From IMG/VR virus record IMGVR_UViG_3300048574_000080, positions 1-56,698 of that record: a stretch of DNA of 56,698 nucleotides; one strand, 5' to 3'. This DNA comes from a virus. Its lineage: Duplodnaviria; Caudoviricetes. The translations under genes were made by a program, and so were the position numbers. This document shows positions 8,431 to 17,619 of this stretch, in pieces (the stretch's first letter is position 1; every line of letters starts with the position of its first letter). The notes below the pieces were generated by a model. The model saw nothing but the letters and a program-made list of their open reading frames with translations, was not told where the DNA came from and did not search any database.

Positions 8431-9390
8431 CTAAAGCCCGGTCGCTGCGAGTACGGCGTCTTCGGCATCCTTCTCGGCGCGCTCCTCGACAGCGGCGGCT
8501 TCGCCATTGCCTTCGACGGTGCCCGGCTTGATGTTCTCCCAGGCGGTGCGCCAGTCGCTGCTCTGGTCGAACAGCGCGTTGACGAAGGCGAGCAGGTCGT
8601 TGCCGACGTAGAAGCGCTTGAGGTCGACGTTGGCGGCCTTGTCGGGCAGGCCCAGGGCGACGGGCAATACGACGTTGGTCGTGTTGGGTGCCTTGCCGAC
8701 TTCCTTGTAAATCGGATCACCCTTCTCGTTGCGAGCGGCGCCGACCGGCAGCCAGAACGCCCGGTATGCCCAGCGCTTGCCAGAGGGCTTGCCGTTCTTC
8801 TTGGCAGCGGCATCGCTGGCGGTGTTAGCAGCAGCGATCACGGTGTTGGCGAAGCGGCTGATGACACTGTTGGCGTCGCGGTAGCTCTCGAATGCTGCGC
8901 CGGCCGCGCCCTTCATCGTCAGCACGAAGAGGCCGACGTTCTCCAAGCCCTTGACCAGCACCAGGTAGTGCGTGCGGCTGGACGGCGACTTGCCGCCGTT
9001 GGCTTCCTTGGCCTTCTCGAAGCCGGTCCAGGGGAACGTCTGCCGCTGCCCACCGTTGGGGGCGATTTCCCAGCGCTTGCGTTCGGCGATGATGCTGACC
9101 GCGGCCTCGCGCTTCCAGTAGCCCTCCTCCTCGGTGCCGTTCTCGAACGTGCGCGAGGTCTTGGCCCAGCCGGCCGCCTCGAGTACGGCGCCGTCTACCT
9201 TGTCGGCCTTGATGAACAAGCCGCCCATGTAATCCATGCCGCCGAACTTCTTGGCCTTGAGGTCGGCGTACACCCACTGGATAATGGGGTAGCTGGGGCC
9301 GCCGCCCTCGACACTGGACTGGTCAATGCTGTCCACGGCGTCGGGGTTGAACTCGTATTCCTGACCGTTGGTATTGAGCTGATCGCTCAT
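8431..9390 (-). CDS. Hypothetical protein, possibly ssDNA-binding or annealing
   Basis: Start MSDQLN after GGGAG; aromatic/Gly-rich with an acidic C-terminus; next to the helicase. Confidence 0.45.
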   Translation of the reverse strand: MSDQLNTNGQEYEFNPDAVDSIDQSSVEGGGPSYPIIQWVYADLKAKKFGGMDYMGGLFIKADKVDGAVLEAAGWAKTSRTFENGTEEEGYWKREAAVSIIAERKRWEIAPNGGQRQTFPWTGFEKAKEANGGKSPSSRTHYLVLVKGLENVGLFVLTMKGAAGAAFESYRDANSVISRFANTVIAAANTASDAAAKKNGKPSGKRWAYRAFWLPVGAARNEKGDPIYKEVGKAPNTTNVVLPVALGLPDKAANVDLKRFYVGNDLLAFVNALFDQSSDWRTAWENIKPGTVEGNGEAAAVEERAEKDAEDAVLAATGL

Positions 9391-9445
9391 GGTGTAACTC
9401 CCTTTGCCTATACAGGCGGAAAACGGTGTTGAAACTGCGTCTGTA

Positions 9446-9952
9446 CTACAGGCCGATGCTGGCGGCGTCATCTGCCGTCGCGTGGCCGTTGGAACCATTG
9501 GTGATGCGGGCGACCTGCGCCGCTGACTTGCCGGCAGTGTCCATGCGAAAATCGATGTCGCCGGCCTTGTTCGGCCCCATCGCTGCCAGCATCTCCATCG
9601 CGGCGGCGGTGAGGCGAGCGGCGTAACCCACGGCGGCAAACTCGCGGCCCAGGCGGTCGTACTCGGCGGTGAGCTTGGCAACGTCGGCGCGCTCTACGGC
9701 GGCGGCTTTGTCCCAGCGCACGTACACGGCGTCGCTCTTGAGGGTCAGCCCCAGCCGTGCCTTGCGCTCCTCGGCGTTCTTGCCCTCGACGTTGAGCGCC
9801 GTCTGCGCCTCGATGTCAGCCAAGGTGCGCTCGCTGGTGCCCAGCTGCATCTTGGCGGCGTTGAGGTCCGTCTGCACGGCGGCGATTTCGCCCGGCAGAT
9901 TGTCGAGGCTGGCCATGGTGTCTATGTAGCGGTCGATCAACTGTTGGTGCAT
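9446..9952 (-). CDS. Coiled-coil hypothetical protein
   Basis: Heptad-rich, GKNAEERKA motif. Confidence 0.6.
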   Translation of the reverse strand: MHQQLIDRYIDTMASLDNLPGEIAAVQTDLNAAKMQLGTSERTLADIEAQTALNVEGKNAEERKARLGLTLKSDAVYVRWDKAAAVERADVAKLTAEYDRLGREFAAVGYAARLTAAAMEMLAAMGPNKAGDIDFRMDTAGKSAAQVARITNGSNGHATADDAASIGL

Positions 9953-10012
9953 GCGGTGTCTTTCCTGCGTGGTTCCTATGCGCAGCCCAGGATTACAAGG
10001 GATGGGATTGAT

Positions 10013-10381
10013 TTACGCGGTGACCAGCATGGCCCGGCTGCGGAACGGCTCGACGTCGGCGGCGTGGGCGCAATCCCAGCCGTTGCCGATGTAGCTATTG
10101 CCGCACCACTCGCGGCCGATGCCCCGCTGATACAGATGCATACCCCGCTGCTGCCACTCGGCAATCAGCGCATCCTTGAGGTACTGCGGCATGACGACCG
10201 GCAAGCCTTCGGACTGGGCGGCGCCGATCACTTCTTCGGCGGCGTCGATCGGCTCGCGAAAGCCCCACGTCACGATTTCGCACGTCCTGCCTTCGACGCG
10301 CACGCCGTGCCACGGGGTCTTGGCTTCGCCGGCCAGGTACTTGAGTTCGTAGCGTGGGAGTGGTAGACTTGATTCGCTCAT
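10013..10381 (-). CDS. Hypothetical protein, first gene of leftward early operon
   Basis: AAGGAAG RBS before MSESSLP; downstream of a strong promoter. Confidence 0.55.
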   Translation of the reverse strand: MSESSLPLPRYELKYLAGEAKTPWHGVRVEGRTCEIVTWGFREPIDAAEEVIGAAQSEGLPVVMPQYLKDALIAEWQQRGMHLYQRGIGREWCGNSYIGNGWDCAHAADVEPFRSRAMLVTA

Positions 10382-10477
10382 GGTGATCTTCCTTGTCCTG
10401 AACTGTGAGCCGTGCCCCAGCCGTTGCAGCGGTGTGGGGCGTTTTGTTGGCGAGTGACTTTCTGTGTCACTGAAAAC

Positions 10478-10506
10478 AGTATAAATCATTATAACGTAAA
10501 TGTCAA
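10478..10506 (-). promoter_or_regulatory. Sigma70-type promoter, leftward
   Basis: TTGACA-17 nt-TATACT on the minus strand. Confidence 0.85.
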
Positions 10507-10556
10507 GCGGTAATTTATGATTTGGTGACATTAGTTTCGGGGCGACGCAGAGCAAC

Positions 10557-10583
10557 AAAAAGCCCCGGCGGATGACCGGGGCT
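10557..10583 (-). terminator. Rho-independent terminator
   Basis: AGCCCCGG-TCATCCG-CCGGGGCT-TTTT on the minus strand. Confidence 0.8.
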
Positions 10584-10610
10584 CAGGCGGGGCGATGCGG
10601 TTGGCGGGGG

Positions 10611-10650
10611 ATGTACTGCCTAGTGCAGTTGGTTAGGCTAGGCGAAACAT
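10611..10650. other. Candidate attP site for a large serine recombinase
   Basis: 40-bp imperfect palindrome (ATGTACTGCCTAG...CTAGGCGAAACAT, 10/13 arm match) abutting the integrase-like stop codon. Confidence 0.45.
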
Positions 10651-11201
10651 TACCAGAAGTTGAACACCACGTCTGTCACCTGGTTATCCCTGACCAGCAC
10701 CCGCACATACCTGCGCAGCCAGGCGTTAGCGGCGGCGGTGTCCTCCGTAGCGAGCATAGCCGGGCCGCTGGCCGCCACTTCCCGCAGCATGTCGGCGCGG
10801 CTGCCGCGCTGTTTGGCGGCATCGGCGGCGGCTTCCAGCGTGGTCTTGGCGCTCTGCTCCAGCTCGATCAGGCTGCGCAGCCGGTCCACCTGCGTCTTGT
10901 AGCGGTCGAGATCCATCACACCCCCGACGAACGCATCATCGGCCAGGCGCAGCCCGCGCTGGTGCTTGGCGATGGCAGCGTCGTGGGCGGCGAGCTGCGC
11001 GGCGAGCTGTGCCGCCTGGTCGCCGTCATCGTCGGGGATGTTGGCCAGGTCCTGTGCTGCGAGGTCAGCGAGCTCGCCCTGGGTGTAGCCGATGCCTGCC
11101 TTGTCCCACCGCTCCGCCTCCTCGCGGGCTTCGGTGAGCCGGCCGCCAAATGTCTCCGACTTCTGCAGCTTTGCCATCATATCTTCGATTATAAATTCCA
11201 T
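10650..11201 (-). pseudogene. Chimeric ORF: XRE repressor N-terminus fused to large serine integrase C-terminal coiled coil
   Basis: TFGGRLTEAREE...GYTQGELA (HTH helices 1-2), then LADDAFVGGVMDLDRYKTQVDRL...ANAWLRRYVRVLV; no catalytic domain. Confidence 0.6.
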
Positions 11202-11253
11202 CGTCCTGCCCTTTCGTTGCTGTGACAATTTTCCTAATCAGTGACAATACTGC

Positions 11254-11282
11254 TTGACTTTGACGTTATACAGGCTTATACT
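11254..11282 (+). promoter_or_regulatory. Sigma70-type promoter, rightward
   Basis: TTGACT-17 nt-TATACT. Confidence 0.8.
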
Positions 11283-11318
11283 GTCAATAGTTCGTAAATT
11301 TGTCACCGAGGAGGATAC

Positions 11319-11525
11319 ATGGGAACCAAGAAGGAAGACGGTAAGGCCTGGATGCGCGTGGACGAAGTGGAACGCGCCCGCCTGAATCTGTATAAGGCGA
11401 TGATCGGCGTTGCCGACAACAGCGTAACTGACCAAACGGCGTCGCTGCGCGCGCTGCTGGACGCAGCCGGCGTGCCGTCTGTGCCGATGGCGGGCCGCAC
11501 GCAGCCCGAAGCGGTGGCCCAGTGA
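11319..11525 (+). CDS. Small putative DNA-binding protein in Cro position
   Basis: GAGGAGG RBS; 68 aa; divergent from the repressor-like remnant. Confidence 0.55.
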   Translation: MGTKKEDGKAWMRVDEVERARLNLYKAMIGVADNSVTDQTASLRALLDAAGVPSVPMAGRTQPEAVAQ

Positions 11526-11839
11526 CCGCCGCCCGCACCCCCGATTCAAGCCCAGTGCCACCAGAAGATACCGGGGAAGCCTGCGCTGACATCGCGCTCG
11601 CACACACGCACCCAATGCGGACGCAGCGCCGGCCGGTGCGCGTCGTGTACATGGCTGCGCCGGATTCGTTGGCGGTTGCGGCGCTGACGGATGCGCACCG
11701 GGCGCTCGTGCGTGCCGGGGCGGGGCTGGCGATACAGTTGGCGGTAGGTGGATCGGCTGTGGCGGCCGGGCCGACGGGGGATGGTGGGGAGGATGTTGCG
11801 GTTGCTGCGATGTCGGGCCATGGGCACTCCCTGGGATAA
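11522..11839 (+). CDS. Hypothetical protein
   Basis: GTGA overlap with the previous gene. Confidence 0.4.
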   Translation: MTAARTPDSSPVPPEDTGEACADIALAHTHPMRTQRRPVRVVYMAAPDSLAVAALTDAHRALVRAGAGLAIQLAVGGSAVAAGPTGDGGEDVAVAAMSGHGHSLG

Positions 11840-11973
11840 AGAGGTGCCGCCAGGGGCGTAACCTGGCGGCGTGAGGCGAATAGCGGTGCGCCGGTGGGCT
11901 TGCGGTGCCCGCCCGACATCCTCAGTATAAAGCATCCTTACGCTTTTGCGTGAAAATCTGAGAAAAATCTGAT

Positions 11974-12270
11974 ATGACGCTCAATCTGGCCTTAGCCCTG
12001 GCTTTTTTGCTGTCCGGTCTGTATGCAGCGTTTCTCGCCATGACCGATTTCGGCCTGTGGCTGCGCCAGGAGCTGACGTGGCTGACGGTGGTGATCGGCG
12101 TGGGCATCACGCTGGCCTGCATGATGGTGGTTGATAGCAGCGCGGCGACAACAGCCGCGTTGTTCTTTGTCGCGACGGGGCTGCCCATCGTGGTCGAATC
12201 GCTATTCCGCATGTGGCGTATGCATCGAGCCGTACAACGCAAGCAGACGGAGAAACGCGATGGCGAATAA
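11974..12270 (+). CDS. Membrane protein (about 3 TM)
   Basis: Three hydrophobic segments and a basic tail. Confidence 0.6.
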   Translation: MTLNLALALAFLLSGLYAAFLAMTDFGLWLRQELTWLTVVIGVGITLACMMVVDSSAATTAALFFVATGLPIVVESLFRMWRMHRAVQRKQTEKRDGE

Positions 12271-12490
12271 TGCCAGGCTGCCGCGTGAATGGCCCACGAA
12301 GGCGCGCCATGTGGCGGAGGATGTGCTTGCGCGCGAGGTGACGATCCGGGCCAAGGCGCGCGAGGCGCAGCAGGCGTTGGTCAATGGGGAGATGGGGGTC
12401 GCCATGATTTTGTTGGGTGATGTGCGCGAGTTGTCGCTCAAGCAGACGGAGCAATTGGGCGCGGCGTTGCGCGGGGAGTATGGGGAATGA
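12260..12490 (+). CDS. Hypothetical protein
   Basis: GGAG RBS, MANNARL; ATGA overlap with the primase gene. Confidence 0.55.
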   Translation: MANNARLPREWPTKARHVAEDVLAREVTIRAKAREAQQALVNGEMGVAMILLGDVRELSLKQTEQLGAALRGEYGE

Positions 12491-15252
12491 CAGTCGAATC
12501 AGCTAAGGAATACCGCCAACTGGCGCAGAAATATCGAGCGTTCGGCTTCAACCTGGTGCCGCTGGGACCGGACAAACGCCCGGCAGAAACCGGCGTATCA
12601 TCCAGTGGCAGCATTCTGCACTTCCGCTGGGACGACTGGCAGCAGACAAAGCAGAGCGATGCGCACTGGGCACTGATAAAGAAGCATGAATGGTGGGTGA
12701 GCGTCGGCGGGTTGGGCGGCGTGTGCGGGCCGGTGTCCGGCGACCTGGTGTGTATCGATTTCGATAAGACGCCGGAAGCATCCGTTATTGATTTTTTGAA
12801 TAGAGCCGAATTACCAGTCGATTACGCTTGGGTTGTGCGAACGCCCGGCGGCGGTGCCCATGTATGGGTGCGCTGTCATGGATTAGAGATTGAAAAGGGC
12901 AAAGAAGATCGCCCGGCGTTAGATGGCGCCGGCCATATTGAGCTGCGCTGGACGGGCCACTATGCCGCGTTGCCGGGCTCGATTCACCCATCTGGCGGCG
13001 TGTACGCGTGGATGCACGCGGAGCCGACAGGGGAACCGGCGGTGGTCGACCGTGACGCGCTGCTGCTCGCCTATGCTGCCGTCACCGAGGAACCAGAGGA
13101 AAAGCCTGTAACCATAGTTACACACACCAACGGCAGCACGCCGCACATACCTGGGCAAGGCTACGCAGCCAAAGCGTTCGCCGAAGAGCTGCAGCGTGTG
13201 CGGACATCGGCGCCGGATACACACAATGACACGCTGAATCGCTCCGCCTATTCGCTGGGGCAGCTCGTGGGCGCGGGGCTGCTCAATGAGGGCGAGGTAG
13301 AGCAGGCGCTGCTCGGTGCGGCGCTCGACGTTGGGCAGGGCGAGGGCGAGGCGATCGCCACCATCCGCTCGGGACTGCGTGGCGGCATCGCCAAGCCACG
13401 CACAGTGACGCTCAACGGCAACGGGTACAACGGCAACGGCGCAGAGCCGTACCAGTACGGTTACGCTGTGGATCTGCCTGATGCGACGGATTTGGACGAA
13501 GTAGCCGAGGAAGTCACCCCCAGGCACGAAACATGGCCCTATGCCATCCGCAAGGGGCGCATGGTCTATCTGTACGAAACAAAAGAGGATATCGAAGCCA
13601 AGCCTATCGCCGATTTCACGGTCAGCATAGCCGAGGAGATTAACGACGAATACGGCAGCTCGCACCTTGTCCTCGAGGGACGGGGCTTGCGGCGTGGGGC
13701 GTTCCGCTGCGAGATATCGGGGCAGGACTTCGGCTCCGACGTGCGCCTGCTCAGCGCGTTGACGGCGGCGACGGGCGGGATCGACGTGGTATACAACGGC
13801 ATGTCAGCCCATCTACGCCCGGCCATCGGCAAGCTGACCACGACAGAGCAGCGCCCGCAGCGCATCCGTTACTACCGCACCGGCTGGCAGGATGACTCGC
13901 ACCTGTCATTTCTCATGCCGGGCATGGATGACACGACGCTCATCAGCGTGCCCCGCCAGATTGCGTATGAAGCGCCGAAGCCGGCCGCTAACCTGGAGTC
14001 GGGGCTGCTCGCTTTGACACACCTGATTGACGCCATGAATCCACTGCTGACCACGCCGATTATTGCGGCGCTGTTCATGCCGCCCATGCTGCGACCGGCC
14101 GGGCTGGGCAATGAGCGCGTCGCCATCTTCATCGCCGGACGCACGGGCAGCCTCAAAACGTCGTGGGCACAGACGGCCATGTGCCTGTATGGGCCGGGCT
14201 TCATCAGCAATGACAACCTGCTCAAGCTGGGCGAGGGCGCCACCAGAAACGCCATCATGGCGTTTGCTGCCCATGCGCATGACCTGCCGCTGCTCATTGA
14301 TAACTACAAACCCAACACGGGCAACGGTAAGAACGATTTCGTCAACCTGATTCATAACATCCTCGAGGGCGGCGACCGCAAGCGCAGCGGGCGTGATGGC
14401 GAACTGAAGGACACCAAGCTGGTGCGCTGCATCCCCATTGTCACCGGCGAGGACCTGCCGCGCGAGGACGCCGCCAGCATCGCCCGCATCCTGCTCGTGA
14501 CGTTTGAATGGCAGCGCGGCGAGCCCAACGATGCACTGACCGCCGCGCAGGAACTGAGCGAACACCTGTGCGCCGTGGGCTGGACGTGGATACAGTGGCT
14601 GCAGACGGAGGCGGGCCGCGCGGCGTGCAAGGCAGCAGGCAGGGCATTCCCCAGGCTGCGCGCCGAATGGGCAGCCAGCCTCAGTCGCATCGAGAAGGAT
14701 TCCGCCAACATCGCCCGCGTGGCGTCGAATCTGGCGGTCAATCAATTGGCGTGGGAGTTGGTCTGTCAGCACCCCGAGATAGGCCCCGCGCTGCGTTCGT
14801 ACAGCCAGGCGCACACCGCCGGCCTGCGTGCCATTGCCCGCACGATGGCCAAGAGCACGATCGAGGCAATGGAGGCGCACCAGTACCGGGCGGCGCTGCG
14901 TGAGCTTATCGGCAGCGGGCAGTACAAGCTGTTGGAACGCAGCCTGGGCAAGCCCGACAACTACGAGCATGATCGGGTGCTCGGCTGGCGGGATAATGAT
15001 GGCGTCTACCTGCTGCCGGCCATTGCGCTCAACGCCATCAAGCGGCTGCTGGGGCCGAACTCGCTGCTAATCTCGCCACAAACCTTGTACGGGCAGATGG
15101 AGCAGATGAGGTGGTTTGCGGTCAAGGGTGCCGGCCAAACGACCAGGTTAGTGTCGATCGGCGGCGAGAAGCTGCGTGTGCTGCACTTGCTGCCCACCAT
15201 ACTCGACGCCGACGACGAAGGCGCAGCAGCACTAGAGGAGACGGGGCTGTGA
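12487..15252 (+). CDS. Bifunctional primase-polymerase with C-terminal P-loop helicase-like domain
   Basis: LVCIDFD, VRTPGGGAHVW, PGSIHPSGGVYAW; HNDTLNRSAYSLG; Walker A-like GRTGSLKTS, LLIDNY. Confidence 0.85.
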   Translation: MTVESAKEYRQLAQKYRAFGFNLVPLGPDKRPAETGVSSSGSILHFRWDDWQQTKQSDAHWALIKKHEWWVSVGGLGGVCGPVSGDLVCIDFDKTPEASVIDFLNRAELPVDYAWVVRTPGGGAHVWVRCHGLEIEKGKEDRPALDGAGHIELRWTGHYAALPGSIHPSGGVYAWMHAEPTGEPAVVDRDALLLAYAAVTEEPEEKPVTIVTHTNGSTPHIPGQGYAAKAFAEELQRVRTSAPDTHNDTLNRSAYSLGQLVGAGLLNEGEVEQALLGAALDVGQGEGEAIATIRSGLRGGIAKPRTVTLNGNGYNGNGAEPYQYGYAVDLPDATDLDEVAEEVTPRHETWPYAIRKGRMVYLYETKEDIEAKPIADFTVSIAEEINDEYGSSHLVLEGRGLRRGAFRCEISGQDFGSDVRLLSALTAATGGIDVVYNGMSAHLRPAIGKLTTTEQRPQRIRYYRTGWQDDSHLSFLMPGMDDTTLISVPRQIAYEAPKPAANLESGLLALTHLIDAMNPLLTTPIIAALFMPPMLRPAGLGNERVAIFIAGRTGSLKTSWAQTAMCLYGPGFISNDNLLKLGEGATRNAIMAFAAHAHDLPLLIDNYKPNTGNGKNDFVNLIHNILEGGDRKRSGRDGELKDTKLVRCIPIVTGEDLPREDAASIARILLVTFEWQRGEPNDALTAAQELSEHLCAVGWTWIQWLQTEAGRAACKAAGRAFPRLRAEWAASLSRIEKDSANIARVASNLAVNQLAWELVCQHPEIGPALRSYSQAHTAGLRAIARTMAKSTIEAMEAHQYRAALRELIGSGQYKLLERSLGKPDNYEHDRVLGWRDNDGVYLLPAIALNAIKRLLGPNSLLISPQTLYGQMEQMRWFAVKGAGQTTRLVSIGGEKLRVLHLLPTILDADDEGAAALEETGL

Positions 15253-15536
15253 GTAACTACCTTTTGCCTGCGGTAACTGAAAATCAGTTACCGGTAACTA
15301 ACTTTCAGTTACCGCAGTTTGGCCCCAAAGCGGCCCATCGTGCCACTTGCACACTGGACGTACACGAGTGCATAGGCGAAGTAGGTCATTTTTATACTAG
15401 AGTAACTGAAGTAACTAACTTTCTTTGGAATAGAGAACTACGTCATGAGACCTCCAAAATAATAGATATATTAATCGTTTTTTACTACTTTTCTAAAACT
15501 CTCTCTATCCTCGGCAAAGGTAGTTACTTTAGTTAC
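15253..15536. repeat. Putative replication origin with GTAACT iterons
   Basis: 9 copies of GTAACT/AGTTAC, perfect palindrome GGTAACTGA-AAA-TCAGTTACC, AT-rich core, directly after the primase gene. Confidence 0.7.
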
Positions 15537-15556
15537 TCTGCTGGTTTGGAGGCATT

Positions 15557-15997
15557 TTGACCCCCTCCCCCGCCGCCCCCGACACCCTCCTCCTTGGCAT
15601 CTGGAGCGCCGCCGGCCACGCGTCCGCCACTGCCGCCCTCCGCAACTGGCAGGGCGAGACGCTGCCCGACGTGCTGGAACTCACCGGCCAACCCTGGACA
15701 GTCCTTGTACAGGCTTTGACGGAGGCGGCGCGCATCGACGTGGGCAACGTGGTCATCCTGACCAACGACGGCGACCTGGTGCGGGCGCTGTCGCCGCCGT
15801 TCCGTCCACCCACACCCACGGAGCAGCGGCGCATCTTCTTCAGCCGCACCGAGTGGGTAGACGTGGGATTTGGCGGCGATCCCCAGCACTGGCAGGCGCT
15901 GCAAATGCTGGGGGGGCGCTGGGGCGGCCGGTTCAGGGCGATGCAAGTGGACGATTTACCGAAAGCGAGGGAATTATGGGAGCAGTCGCAACACTAG
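15557..15997 (+). CDS. Hypothetical protein, possible degenerate RNase H-like fold
   Basis: ALTEAARIDVGNVVILTNDGDLVRAL resembles an RNase HI segment; GGAGG before TTG. Confidence 0.4.
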   Translation: MTPSPAAPDTLLLGIWSAAGHASATAALRNWQGETLPDVLELTGQPWTVLVQALTEAARIDVGNVVILTNDGDLVRALSPPFRPPTPTEQRRIFFSRTEWVDVGFGGDPQHWQALQMLGGRWGGRFRAMQVDDLPKARELWEQSQH

Positions 15998-16647
15998 AAC
16001 GAACCGATAGCAAAGTAGACACCCGGCGCATCGACGCCGCACGCGCCGCCGCCGTCGTGGCGCTAGGCAATGCCTACCTGCCGCACGAAGTCGAGCAGCC
16101 GGGCGGGGCGCCACCGCTGCTGCTGTGCTGGGCCGGGCGCATCGCCAGGGCCTATGACAAGTTGGCGACGGCGCGTGAAGACGCCCGGCGGCGCGGCAGT
16201 AAAGATGACCCGGCCGTCAAGGCCATCGAGGCCGCCATCCGCAAACTGGAAGCCAGCTACACTGCCGCCGCATCCGCCGCTGAGGACGCCGCGTCCACCT
16301 GGGCAGCCCTGGCGACGGCCGCCGGGCAAAGCATCGATCCCGCGTCCATCTACCCGCCCGCCTGCACATGTGACGGCTGCAAGACGGCGGCGCTGTGGCA
16401 CGACCACAACGAAGCGCGCGGCAAGTACAGCGATGCGCTCTATGCCCTCCTCGCCCCCGAACCCAGCGCCCGCCCGCCGCTGTTCCAGATGCTGGAAGAC
16501 TTTACCAAGAGTGAGCAGGACCGCGACCGCTTTTGGGCGGCAATGAAGGGGCTCTATGCCAGCGCCAAGGGCTACGACGCAGCGTGCAAGGCGGCGGGGG
16601 TGCAAGCGAACTGGCGCATGGCGATGGCGCCGTGGGTGGAGGAGTAG
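15976..16647 (+). CDS. Hypothetical protein
   Basis: Ala-rich ORF, start MGAVATLE. Confidence 0.55.
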   Translation: MGAVATLERTDSKVDTRRIDAARAAAVVALGNAYLPHEVEQPGGAPPLLLCWAGRIARAYDKLATAREDARRRGSKDDPAVKAIEAAIRKLEASYTAAASAAEDAASTWAALATAAGQSIDPASIYPPACTCDGCKTAALWHDHNEARGKYSDALYALLAPEPSARPPLFQMLEDFTKSEQDRDRFWAAMKGLYASAKGYDAACKAAGVQANWRMAMAPWVEE

Positions 16648-16651
16648 GGCG

Positions 16652-16861
16652 ATGGGCGATAAAGTCAACGACGGCGACACCTATGGCGATTACATGGTAA
16701 TGGCAGAGATGGCAGCGCATCAGGCGGAAGCGTTTCGTGAACCGGTGGCGCTGCGATGGCACAGTGCCGCCAGCCGCCGCCGCTACATCCGCGAACGGCA
16801 GGACGCGGCAGCCGGGTGGGCAATGGCAGCGGAAACACTGCGGCGCGAGGAGGTGAATTGA
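16652..16861 (+). CDS. Hypothetical protein
   Basis: GGAG RBS; coupled to rusA. Confidence 0.5.
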   Translation: MGDKVNDGDTYGDYMVMAEMAAHQAEAFREPVALRWHSAASRRRYIRERQDAAAGWAMAAETLRREEVN

Positions 16862-17379
16862 TGGGCATCAGTGAGCGAGAGTACGCCGAAATGCTGCGCC
16901 GCAACGGCGGCCCGGATGGCATCAGCGTCAAGAACGATAGTGGGCACGGACCAACGCCGGAATACTACCACGAGTACCTTGAAGCCAACGCCGGCAGCCT
17001 GGGCATCGACGTCGCGCCACCGCTGGCCGCACAGTCGATCGTGTTGGCGTTGCCGCCGAGTGCGAACAGATATTGGCGCTATGGTCCTAACGGCGTACAC
17101 GTCAGCGAGGAAGCAGAGAATTACAAGGCCGGTGTCCGCTGGAAGGCGCTGCACCAGCACATGACGCCGATGGCGGGCAATGTTGCCGTATACGTCAACG
17201 TCTATCGGGCGCAGAAGCGCGGCGACCTGGACAATTACGCCAAGGTGCTCTGTGACTCACTGAATGGCGCCGCCTATCACGATGACAGCCAGGTCGCCGA
17301 GCTGCACATGTGGCTGCACGATGACAAGGATAATCCACGGGTAGAGGTAGAGATTCGCAGCACGAAAGGAGCACGCTAA
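16861..17379 (+). CDS. rusA: RusA-family Holliday junction resolvase
   Basis: PPSANRYWR, GDLDNYAKVLCDSLNG, DDSQV, PRVEVEI. Confidence 0.9.
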   Translation: MGISEREYAEMLRRNGGPDGISVKNDSGHGPTPEYYHEYLEANAGSLGIDVAPPLAAQSIVLALPPSANRYWRYGPNGVHVSEEAENYKAGVRWKALHQHMTPMAGNVAVYVNVYRAQKRGDLDNYAKVLCDSLNGAAYHDDSQVAELHMWLHDDKDNPRVEVEIRSTKGAR

Positions 17380-17381
17380 TC

Positions 17382-17606
17382 ATGCTAGGACTAGGCAACG
17401 CCCGCCTCAACCAACTCGAGGCCGAGAACCGCCGCCTGCGTGCCGAACTGCTGGCGCAGACGCAGCGCAACGAGGGGCTGCGTACCATCATCGCCAACCT
17501 GCAGCGGGAGAACGAAACCGCCGCTTACCAGCTCACCCAGCAGGCGCAGGCCGGGCGGGGATTCATCCTCAACGAGCCGGCGATCGAGCGGATGTGCTGG
17601 AACTGA
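17382..17606 (+). CDS. Coiled-coil hypothetical protein
   Basis: AAGGAG RBS; LEAENRRLRAEL. Confidence 0.55.
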   Translation: MLGLGNARLNQLEAENRRLRAELLAQTQRNEGLRTIIANLQRENETAAYQLTQQAQAGRGFILNEPAIERMCWN

Positions 17607-17619
17607 GGGGGAGGTTCTG

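Noticed and set aside
10629-10645. GGT-TA-GGC-TA-GGC-GA as a fourth pentamer array
   Set aside because: Only three units; better explained as part of the attP-like palindrome.
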